Source: Pirellula staleyi DSM 6068
Lineage (GTDB): Bacteria; Planctomycetota; Planctomycetia; Pirellulales; Pirellulaceae
Length of the DNA: 32,000 bases
Direction of reading: 5' to 3'
Assembly (NCBI GenBank): GCA_000025185.1
Contig: CP001848.1
Location: 1,170,001-1,202,000 of the forward strand
In this document: positions 1 through 7,436 of the stretch, in pieces
Layout: every line of letters starts with the position of its first letter
Position numbering within the stretch: position 1 is the stretch's first letter
Notes under the pieces: generated by a model
Seen by the model: only the letters and a program-made list of their open reading frames with translations
The model's database searches: none
Told to the model about the DNA's origin: nothing
Translations under genes and position numbers: made by a program

Positions 1-409
1 GCGCGAGCTTGCCGGGAAGCGAGGAAGGTGGAGCATCGCTCGGTGCATCGCCGTCGGCGAGCTTATACCCAGCTTCGGTCGCATTGCTAATCACGAACTT
101 CAGCGCATCGGTTTGGACGAGTCTTTGCACTTCGCTCCACTGCGTACCGGCGACGAGCGCGCGACTGATGCTCGCCACAAGATCGATGCGCTCCACAGGC
201 TCGCCATTTTGAAAGCCTCGCACGAGTACGCTGTAGCCTTCCGGGCGAGACGCCAGCGAATCGGCACGCGAACCGGCAGTCGATTGCACAACGACGATCT
301 TGCCAACAGGCCGACTCGAAGCGTTCGCCTGGTGAATGAATCGATCGCAGAAGGCGCGCAAGAATCGACCAGCGCCGAGCTGCAATACGGTTTCCGAAAG
401 TTCCGCCAT
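1..409 (-). CDS. uxaB: Tagaturonate reductase / altronate oxidoreductase (mannitol dehydrogenase family). N-terminal ~136 codons only; the rest lies beyond the left window edge.
   Basis: Absent from the ORF track because it is truncated. Start ATG is the complement of 407-409. Hand translation MAELSETVLQLGAGRFLRAFCDRFIHQANASSRPVGKIVVVQST...ALKFVISNATEAGYKLADGD stays open to position 1. As I recall it, this parallels the E. coli UxaB N-terminus (IIQFGEGNFLRAFVDWQID ... RFVFSNTTEAGISY). Confidence 0.7.
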   Translation of the reverse strand, partial: MAELSETVLQLGAGRFLRAFCDRFIHQANASSRPVGKIVVVQSTAGSRADSLASRPEGYSVLVRGFQNGEPVERIDLVASISRALVAGTQWSEVQRLVQTDALKFVISNATEAGYKLADGDAPSDAPPSSLPGKLA

Positions 410-438
410 GAGTCTTGATGTCTCCAGCTATTTTGTGC

Positions 439-459
439 GTATTTTTAGAGAGATACGCA
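439..459. promoter_or_regulatory. Inverted-repeat motif GTAT-N10-ATACGCA, copy 1. Lies 30-50 nt upstream of the uxaB-like start on the minus strand.
   Basis: Sequence tgcGTATttttagagagATACGCAg. The extended stem TGCGTAT/ATACGCA spans 436-459. The same GTAT-N10-ATACGCA architecture recurs at 1552-1572. Confidence 0.3.
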
Positions 460-470
460 GATTCCTTGTA

Positions 471-1499
471 CTACTCGCCGACGTCGACAATCGCTTTGAT
501 GCAACCGGTTTCGGGTTTCGTCAGCGATGGAAAAATGCCGGCGACATCGGCAAATGCAGGGCGGTGCGTGATCCACGGATTGGTGTCGATCTGACCATTC
601 TCGATGAGCGAAACGATGCGACTGAAGTCGGCTGAGAGTGCGTTGCGACTGGCTAGAAGTGTCATCTCGCGGCGATGCATCAGCGGATGAACAAACGAAA
701 TCTCTTGCGTCGTGATCCCGACAAAGACCAGTCGCCCAGCAAAGCCGACGTACTGCAGTGCGCCACTCATCGAGCGATTGTTCCCCGTGGCATCAATCAC
801 TACTTGGGCGAGCTTCCCTTCAGTAAGCTCTGTGAGCTGCGTTAGTTCGCTGCCGTCCCCTTTCACCTGAATGGTGTTAGTGACACCCATGCTCGTGCGA
901 ACGAAATCGAGGCGCTGCTCGCTCAGGTCCATCACGATGATGTTTGCGCCTGTAAGCTTCACGAACTCCAGTGCCGAGAGACCGATCGGTCCAGCGCCGA
1001 TAATCAGCACCCACTCACCAGGTTTGGGATTACAGCGATTCACCGCGTGGCAGCCAATGGCGAGGGTCTCGACGAGCGCTAGTTGTTCGTACTCTAGTTT
1101 CGTTGAGATGTGCAGCTTCCGCGCGGGAACGGTGAACTGTGGACGGAGCCCACCATCGCAGTGAACACCGAGCGTTTGATGATGCTCGCAGCAGTTGGTG
1201 TGTCCACGTGTGCAGCTGAAGCATTTTTGGCAATTGATATACGGCTCGACAGCGCAGCGATCGCCCGGCTTGACGTTGGTGACACCTTCGCCGACCGCGA
1301 GCACTTCCACGCCCAACTCGTGTCCAGGAATTCGCGGGTAGCTGAAGAACGGCATCTTGCCGAGATAGCCACTCAGATCCGTTCCACAGATGCCGACGCG
1401 ATGAACGCGCACGACAGCTTCGCCTGGTCCAGGCGCAGCTGGTTCGGCAATATCGATCGTCTTGAAATTCAGCGGAGCTTCGAGAAGCAATGCCTTCAT
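471..1499 (-). CDS. Zinc-dependent sugar/alcohol dehydrogenase (MDR family), L-galactonate-5-dehydrogenase (LgoD/YjjN)-like
   Basis: 342-aa ORF. Catalytic-Zn region GICGTDL...GHE, structural-Zn Cys cluster CQKCFSCTRGHTNCC, and Rossmann motif GAGPIGL. The stretches MPFFSYPRIPGHE, GHTNCCEHHQTLGVHCDGG, VIDATGN and LVFVG...ASRNA resemble E. coli LgoD as I remember it. Confidence 0.85.
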   Translation of the reverse strand: MKALLLEAPLNFKTIDIAEPAAPGPGEAVVRVHRVGICGTDLSGYLGKMPFFSYPRIPGHELGVEVLAVGEGVTNVKPGDRCAVEPYINCQKCFSCTRGHTNCCEHHQTLGVHCDGGLRPQFTVPARKLHISTKLEYEQLALVETLAIGCHAVNRCNPKPGEWVLIIGAGPIGLSALEFVKLTGANIIVMDLSEQRLDFVRTSMGVTNTIQVKGDGSELTQLTELTEGKLAQVVIDATGNNRSMSGALQYVGFAGRLVFVGITTQEISFVHPLMHRREMTLLASRNALSADFSRIVSLIENGQIDTNPWITHRPAFADVAGIFPSLTKPETGCIKAIVDVGE

Positions 1500-1551
1500 G
1501 GAGAGGTTTCCGGCAAGTGGGGGCGAGTGAATCTGCGTTTGCGGAGTGAAT

Positions 1552-1572
1552 GTATTTCCCTGGAAATACGCA
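1552..1572. promoter_or_regulatory. Inverted-repeat motif GTAT-N10-ATACGCA, copy 2. Lies ~53 nt upstream of the Zn-dehydrogenase start on the minus strand.
   Basis: Sequence aatGTATttccctggaaATACGCAc. The inner 8-bp arms GTATTTCC/GGAAATAC are separated by 2 nt. Sits in the 87-nt spacer between the AKR and dehydrogenase genes. Confidence 0.3.
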
Positions 1573-1586
1573 CGTTTTGAACAGGA

Positions 1587-2531
1587 CTAGGAAGGGAGCG
1601 GGTCGTTATTCTCGGGCTTGCCTTCGATGTAGAACCAGTTGTGAATCGGCTGGAGAATAGCGAGGACTTCGGCAAGCAATTCTTGGTCGATTGGTTCTTC
1701 CGACCACTTCACCCACTGCTCGACATTGGCCGGATTCGCCGAGCCCACGATGCACGTGGCGAGGTCTTCATTGGCGATCGAGAACTGCACGGCGAGCTTG
1801 GCGATGTCGCTACCTCGCGCGGCACAGTGATCGGCTGCGGCTTTGGCAATCGCACGCACTTCAGGAGTTGCTTTGTGCCACGGTGGCAAAGGTTGATTCG
1901 TAAGCAGTCGCGCCGAGAAAGGGGCGGCGTTCATGATGCCGACATTTTTGCTTTTGAGATAAGGAATCTCATCGGCCAGCATCGTGTTTTGCAGCGTGTA
2001 GTGATTGTACGAGAGAACGACATCGAGCTCAGCTTGATCGAGGACGAAGTGCAAGTTGCTCATCGGATAGCCACTGATGCCGATAAAGCGGACCTTCCCT
2101 TGCTCTTTGATTTTGCGAAGGGCGGGGAGAGTTTCGTCGATGATTTGCTGACGATCGACAAACTCAATATCGTGGCAGAGCATGATGTCGAGATAGTCGA
2201 CGCCAAGACGATGGAGACTGACGTCGACACTTTCTGCAACACGCTTCGCCGAGAAGTCGAAGTGCGAGCCGTCGTAGCGACCTAGTTTGGTGCCGAGCAG
2301 GTAGCGCTCGCGGCGAATGTCTTTGAGCAAAAGTCCGAGGAGGCATTCGCTCAGACCACGACCATAGTAGGGACTGGTATCGATGAAGTTCATCCCCAGG
2401 TCGAGCGCGAGACGGACGCTTCGCATGGCATCGCTGACATCGACTTTGCGAAACTCTTGTCCCAGACTCGACGCGCCAAAGCTGAGCCACGAGAGCTGAA
2501 GACCGGTTTGGCCGAGGGGACGGAACTTCAT
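1587..2531 (-). CDS. Aldo/keto reductase, L-galactose / L-fucose (D-threo-aldose) 1-dehydrogenase-like
   Basis: 314-aa ORF with ATG (complement of 2529-2531). AKR hallmarks are FIDTSPYYGRGLSE, HRLGVDYLDIMLCHDIEF and GKVRFIGISGY. From memory, it is collinear with plant and Bacteroides L-galactose dehydrogenases (FFDTSPYYG..SE, LDYVDILHCHDIEF, KSKGVGV). Confidence 0.85.
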   Translation of the reverse strand: MKFRPLGQTGLQLSWLSFGASSLGQEFRKVDVSDAMRSVRLALDLGMNFIDTSPYYGRGLSECLLGLLLKDIRRERYLLGTKLGRYDGSHFDFSAKRVAESVDVSLHRLGVDYLDIMLCHDIEFVDRQQIIDETLPALRKIKEQGKVRFIGISGYPMSNLHFVLDQAELDVVLSYNHYTLQNTMLADEIPYLKSKNVGIMNAAPFSARLLTNQPLPPWHKATPEVRAIAKAAADHCAARGSDIAKLAVQFSIANEDLATCIVGSANPANVEQWVKWSEEPIDQELLAEVLAILQPIHNWFYIEGKPENNDPLPS

Positions 2532-2824
2532 GACAAACTTTCTCTGCGAAGGAGCGGGAGAAGAGAGCTGCGAACCGCAGTTTAGCGTGTTTAATCGTAG
2601 CCGATTACCGCCCCGCGACTATCGCGATTCGCGCAGTTTCATTTCGGTTTTGCGCAATATCTGATCGGGCGAGAATCGAATGCTTTGCCGATATTTTTTC
2701 GAATTTTATGGCATTCTTGCGACTGGAATCGATCAACAGGGAGCAAGACAACTCGCAATTGACATCGTTTTTGCGCACGATAAGGAGAACAGCGTTTCGA
2801 GGCAACCATCCCGCGCACCATCTC

Positions 2825-3997
2825 ATGAAACCTACGCAGCAGAAAGTGACGAGTCGGCCACAAGTGGCGCTGATCATCGAGACCTCGATCAACTATGGAC
2901 GGGGGCTCCTCAAAGGGGTGGCTCGCTACATGCGATCCGCGGGGGAGTGGTCGGTGTTTCTTGAACAGCGCGAACTGGGAGCGGAACTGCCGCGCTGGAT
3001 CGATCGGTGGGATGGGGATGGAATCATCACGCGCAGCGACGATCCACGGTTGCTCGAGCGAGGGATTCCGACGGTTGCGCTGTTTGATCATCGAAGCTGT
3101 CAGCAGAAGGTGCCGCAGATTCTGAACGACAATCGTGCGGTGGGACGCTTAGCGGCAGCGCATCTGGTGGAGCGAGGATTTCGGCATCTAGCGTTTTATG
3201 GAGTGCCGGGAGAGTTTTGGTCGGAAGAACGTTTGGCTGGAGTGCGCGAGGAGGGAGCTCGCCAGGGAGCATCGCTGGCCGTGTTTGAACCAGCTCGTTC
3301 GCGCCGCAAACGTTCGATTGCTTGGCAAGATTCGCAGGAAGAACTAGCCCGGTGGATGAGCGCGCAAGCAGCTCCTCTGGGTCTGGTGGCCGCGAACGAT
3401 ATTCATGGACTCCGAGCACTTGATGCATGTAAGCGCGCGGGAATTTCGGTCCCAGAACGGGTGGCTGTGATGGGGGCCGATAACGACGAAGAGCTGTGCG
3501 AGTTATCGGACCCGCCTCTTTCGAGTATCGCCTTTCAGCCGCTGCGCGCTGGTTTTGCTGCGGCGGAAATGCTGGCGCGGATGATGCGTGGAGAGCGGGT
3601 GCAATCGGCGATGCAACTGGTGCCGCCACTGGGGCTCGTGACCCGGCAATCGACCGATGTGCTGGCGATGGAAGATGAAGAAGTGGCCCGCGCACTAGCG
3701 GTGATTCGGCAGCAGGCTTGTGACGGTTTGGATGTGCCAGCGATCTTACGGCAAGTGCCGATTTCACGTCGATCGCTGGAGATCCGGATGCAGAAATTGC
3801 TGGGTCGAACGCCGCGCGAGGAGATTCGGCGGGTGCAGATCGAGCGGGCTAAAAAACTGCTCAGCGAGACCGATCTGAAGCTCGATCGGATCGCTGTCAG
3901 CTGCGGCTTTGTGCGGGCTTCGGCCCTCTCGATCGCGTTTCGGGAAGTGGTGGGAACGACACCGAGCGACTATCGATCGCAAGCCGGATTGGCGTAG
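2825..3997 (+). CDS. XylR-type transcriptional regulator: periplasmic-binding-protein-like sugar sensor domain fused to a C-terminal AraC-family HTH
   Basis: The ORF track gives 2708-3997. I prefer the internal ATG at 2825 (MKPTQQKVTSRPQVALIIETSINYGRGLL...), which matches the usual XylR-like N-terminus. The C-terminus RRSLEIRMQKLLGRTPREEIRRVQIERAKKLLSETDLKLDRIAVSCGF...TPSDYR is a typical AraC HTH pair. The gene is divergent from the sugar-acid genes. Confidence 0.85.
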   Translation: MKPTQQKVTSRPQVALIIETSINYGRGLLKGVARYMRSAGEWSVFLEQRELGAELPRWIDRWDGDGIITRSDDPRLLERGIPTVALFDHRSCQQKVPQILNDNRAVGRLAAAHLVERGFRHLAFYGVPGEFWSEERLAGVREEGARQGASLAVFEPARSRRKRSIAWQDSQEELARWMSAQAAPLGLVAANDIHGLRALDACKRAGISVPERVAVMGADNDEELCELSDPPLSSIAFQPLRAGFAAAEMLARMMRGERVQSAMQLVPPLGLVTRQSTDVLAMEDEEVARALAVIRQQACDGLDVPAILRQVPISRRSLEIRMQKLLGRTPREEIRRVQIERAKKLLSETDLKLDRIAVSCGFVRASALSIAFREVVGTTPSDYRSQAGLA

Positions 3998-4022
3998 CAC
4001 AAGCCAGCCTCCAGGCGCACCA

Positions 4023-4937
4023 CTAAGGGACAGCAAGTGGCTGATCCCAGCGCGCTTTATAGAGGCGCTCGTCGGGGAGTTCGATCTTTTCAAGCGGATC
4101 GAGCAGCTGCAAGCTATTGCTCCACCAATTGTTGCTGGTCAGATCGGCTTGCTGCAGGACAAACCGTTTGGATTCGCGATGTTGATCGATCGATTTCACT
4201 TTTTTTGCTTCGGGAAAAAGCTCGAAGGGGGCGAAGGTTTGCGATTTCAAATCCAGGGTGTGAATCTTTGATGCCGAGGTGATCAGCAGCGATTTGCCTC
4301 CGGCGGTTGGAGATACATCGTGCCCGTCTCCTTCGGGAAGCTGCCACGTTTTTTCGACCACAATCTCAAGCGTTGGGAGCGCTGTCTTGTCGGTCGCAGC
4401 GGAGGTTTTGAGGGAGACGAGCAAAAGTTCTTCACTTCCGAGAGCATAGAGCTTACCCCCGTCGACATCCCACCAGGTGCCATGGGCGCCGACGAGTTTC
4501 GTTCGCGCGATGGGAGTTGTGCTCGCAGGGTCGCTGTAGGAGAAGATCAACAGTTCGTCGCCGCCAAAGCTACTGGCGACGGCGATTCGTTTCTCGGGCA
4601 ACAGGCAAGCGCTGTGGGCATTGCGTGCGGAGGCAACATAAATCGCTCGTTTGGTGTCGCGCTCGACCAAGGCTACGCCACCGGAAGAGGACGTGATGAG
4701 GATCCACTTGTCGTACGGTTTGCATTCGTCGGTCGTACGGAACTGAGCATGCTGCGACTGGGGAATCTCTGGCGAACTGGCGGCGGTCCAGCTCCAAAGT
4801 TTATCACTCTCGCCGAGCTTGCCAGGGGTAGCGGGGATGATGAAAACCTCATCCATGCCGCAGCAAATCAGGCTGGGTGGAGCGGCGGAGGCCAAGGAGG
4901 TCGCGAGCAGCAGCGCGAAGAAAACAACGAATCGCAT
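4023..4937 (-). CDS. Secreted protein of unknown function, beta-rich and possibly propeller-like
   Basis: The ORF track gives 4023-5006. The internal ATG (complement of 4935-4937) yields a clean signal peptide MRFVVFFALLLATSLASA. The rest shows alternating beta-strand-like segments. I recognise no catalytic motif. Confidence 0.55.
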   Translation of the reverse strand: MRFVVFFALLLATSLASAAPPSLICCGMDEVFIIPATPGKLGESDKLWSWTAASSPEIPQSQHAQFRTTDECKPYDKWILITSSSGGVALVERDTKRAIYVASARNAHSACLLPEKRIAVASSFGGDELLIFSYSDPASTTPIARTKLVGAHGTWWDVDGGKLYALGSEELLLVSLKTSAATDKTALPTLEIVVEKTWQLPEGDGHDVSPTAGGKSLLITSASKIHTLDLKSQTFAPFELFPEAKKVKSIDQHRESKRFVLQQADLTSNNWWSNSLQLLDPLEKIELPDERLYKARWDQPLAVP

Positions 4938-5109
4938 GACAGGCCCCAAGAGCGCGAGTGAGGTGGGATGGCCTGTAGTTAGAACGTAGTTCTGCGGGGA
5001 ATTCAACGCTCGGGAACGATGAGCGTTGGCTAAATCGAGCTGTGATTAGCGACGCGCAGCAACAATCTAATCCTGAAGCAAGCGATGAAAAAACCTGGCG
5101 CTTCATTAG

Positions 5110-5135
5110 CGAGAGCAGCTGATGCGCTGCTCTCG
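5110..5135 (-). terminator. GC-rich hairpin 56 nt downstream of the prenyltransferase-repeat gene; possible terminator
   Basis: Perfect 10-bp stem CGAGAGCAGC / GCTGCTCTCG with a 6-nt loop. On the minus strand a T6 run follows only after ~20 nt, so the terminator is not canonical. Confidence 0.35.
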
Positions 5136-5190
5136 CGAGGGATCTCTCGAGGAACTCACGTGTAGAGCTCGAAAGGGGACGACCTAGCGA

Positions 5191-6303
5191 CTACTTTGTC
5201 GCTGGCTTGGAGTGGGCGAGTGCCAAAAGGGCATAGCCGGTGACGAGCGAAGCATCCCCTTCCATCCAGCGCGGGTCGGCGTTGACGAACGAGCCATCTT
5301 CGGCCTGACGCGAGGCGAGTTCAGCGATCAGCTCGCTGCGCCAGTTGTGCTCGACACCCTTCTCGTCGACGAACGTATCGTTGCCGGTTGCTTCGAGCGC
5401 TTTGGCAAAGGTTTGGTAGTAGTAGAAGAGCCCCGACGTTCCCATGCCTGGGTTGCTGTCGAGATCGTAGTTCTTTTTGAGCCAGCCGATGGCAGCTTTC
5501 ACGCGCACATCGTCGGGACCGACACCAGCATAGATCATGCTCTTGAGACCAGCGTAGGTCATCGATGCATAGCTGCGAAGCGCGCCGGTTTCGGTGGTAC
5601 CAGCTTGGCTCACACCACCAGCGGCTGGCGAGTAGTAGAAACCGCCGTCGGGATTCTTGGCAGCGTAGGGAGTGGTGTTGTGCTCGGACTCGAGGTTTTG
5701 GCAACGCGAAACGAAGATTAGAGCACGCTTCATTTCTTCGCTGTTAGGGTCGGTGCCGGTCGCCTTCAGAGCGTCGAGCAAAAAGCTGGTATTCGAGAGA
5801 TCGGGGCGTTTGTTTTTACCGTAACCAGCGCCGCCGAATTCGGGGTCAGCAGCGGTTTTTCCTTCCTTGTCGTCCCACTGCAGACCTTTCACAAAGGCGT
5901 CGGCCTTCTTCACGATGGTGTCGAAGCGACCATCTTTGTTGGCTGCAGCGAAGCAAACGACACCGAGGCACGTTTCGTAGTTCTTGTGGTTCGATTCCGG
6001 GGCGTAGATGCCGCCATCTTCCTGAACGAACTGCTGCAAGTACTTCAGAGCCTTGGCAACCGCAGGATCGTCGACCGTGCGGCCATGCTTCAGCAGCGAA
6101 GCAGTCACCAGCGCGGTGACGGCGGGGCCGGCAGCCGAGTTGTACGAGCCATCGGCGGCTTGGGCTTTGGTAGTGAGGTAGGTGACCGCTTTGCTGACGG
6201 TTTGCTGATAAACAGCGGCATCGTCGGCTGCGGTGGCCAGCGAGGCACAGGCGATCGAGGCCAAGGCAACGAACGAGGCCAGGGTGCGACAAATCGATTT
6301 CAT
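5191..6303 (-). CDS. Secreted prenyltransferase / squalene-oxidase-repeat (terpenoid-cyclase-fold) protein
   Basis: The ORF track gives 5191-6402. The internal ATG (complement of 6301-6303) yields the signal peptide MKSICRTLASFVALASIACASLATA. Repeated DGS/DGG-aromatic units (AADGSY, EDGGIY, NPDGGFYY, AEDGSF) are typical of this repeat family, which is common in Planctomycetota. Confidence 0.75.
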   Translation of the reverse strand: MKSICRTLASFVALASIACASLATAADDAAVYQQTVSKAVTYLTTKAQAADGSYNSAAGPAVTALVTASLLKHGRTVDDPAVAKALKYLQQFVQEDGGIYAPESNHKNYETCLGVVCFAAANKDGRFDTIVKKADAFVKGLQWDDKEGKTAADPEFGGAGYGKNKRPDLSNTSFLLDALKATGTDPNSEEMKRALIFVSRCQNLESEHNTTPYAAKNPDGGFYYSPAAGGVSQAGTTETGALRSYASMTYAGLKSMIYAGVGPDDVRVKAAIGWLKKNYDLDSNPGMGTSGLFYYYQTFAKALEATGNDTFVDEKGVEHNWRSELIAELASRQAEDGSFVNADPRWMEGDASLVTGYALLALAHSKPATK

Positions 6304-6676
6304 AGACGAAAACTCCAAGCAGCAGCGGAGATGGGTGTGTCCAGCAGGCACGTGCGTTGGCATAAGGCTACGCAAGACCGACGCAAGGAACACCGATGCC
6401 ATCCGCGAGGCAGATGCAGATGAGTCTTCGATTATTCCATGCCCGCAGCGCGAGAGGAAGAGATTAGGGGCGAGGAGCCGAGAAGTAATGCAGCAGAAGC
6501 TTGGGCCAGGAAGCAGCGCTGCTAAGTTCCTAGAACCGCCCCAGGTCCAAGGGGGCGCACTGGTGTGAACAGCGGCGGCCCATGAGGGGAGTCTATAGTT
6601 CAGACGATTGAGCGACGCAAAGCGTTGTCGCTCCTAGATTTCCGCACGATGGATCGAGCAGAGCTTCGGCCGTGTC

Positions 6677-6964
6677 CTAGTCGAGTACGGCGAGGATGTC
6701 TTCTTCGCTGACGATCAGGAGTTCTTCGTCAGCCACCTTGATTTCCGTACCGGCCCAAGGTGAGAGGACAACGCGGTCCCCTTCCGACACTTGCACAGCT
6801 GCCCGGGTGCCATCGGCCAGCAGGCGGCCATCGCCGACGCTCAGCACGCGCCCTTCCTGCGATTTTTCTTGGGCCGCTCCAGGCAGCACGATGCCGCCGC
6901 TCGTCTTTTCTTCACGAGTCATTCGTTTCACAACCACTTTGTCGCCAATCGGAACCACGCGCAT
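6677..6964 (-). CDS. groES: Co-chaperonin GroES (10 kDa chaperonin)
   Basis: The 137-aa track ORF is trimmed to the ATG at complement 6962-6964. This gives a 95-aa protein, MRVVPIGDKVVVKRMTREEKTSGGIVLPGAAQEKSQEGRVLSVGDGR..., with the canonical GroES mobile loop and length. No groEL follows it. Confidence 0.9.
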   Translation of the reverse strand: MRVVPIGDKVVVKRMTREEKTSGGIVLPGAAQEKSQEGRVLSVGDGRLLADGTRAAVQVSEGDRVVLSPWAGTEIKVADEELLIVSEEDILAVLD

Positions 6965-7436
6965 GGCACGAACATCCCCTCTAGGGTGGTAGCAGTGCAA
7001 GCTTTCGTCTCGCTGCTGGGTGGAACAGACTCCGCCCGTGCGATCCCCAAGCCAGCCGTCGATTGTGACTACCACCCCGGCCGACTGCAAGCATCAAGTT
7101 TGCTAGCAGAGACTGGAGATCGGTCGTCGCTAAGGTCGCTGACAATTCCCTTCGCAACAAACGGCATCGAAACTGAACTTGGTTCTCTCCATTGCCGATA
7201 ACCGAGGTGACAAACTTTGCGGCCTGGGACAACTTTGCCGGCAACTCTGTGGGTCAAAACGATCGGGTGGAGCTAGGAAATGCGCCTCAAGCGGTTTTCA
7301 CAACCCCCACACGAGCGTTCTTGATGCGTCCACACTGCTTCTGCTGGCATGCCATCCCGCCGCTCATCGGTTGCTGATGACGAGCGCGTGGCTGGCGATT
7401 TGCCGGCCAGCGACGCGCTCCCAGGAGGGTGAGAAC

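Noticed and set aside
3027-3767. 246-aa minus-strand ORF inside the XylR-type regulator gene
   Set aside because: It is antisense to a gene with a clear AraC HTH and sensor domain. Its Pro/Ala/Arg-rich composition is implausible.
6965-7090. N-terminal extensions offered by the ORF track: groES as 137 aa, tsf from 13638, frr from 15645, pyrH from 14646, rpsB from 12448, and others
   Set aside because: The conserved protein N-termini start at internal ATG or GTG codons that have better SD context. The extensions are read-through of upstream spacer.
6965-7180. Possible CIRCE (HrcA) operator upstream of groES
   Set aside because: The nearest candidate is CTAGCAGAG...CGCTAAG at ~7103-7135. It shares only TAGCA/GCTAA with TTAGCACTC-N9-GAGTGCTAA, has the wrong spacing (20 nt vs 16 nt between cores) and is not a true inverted repeat.
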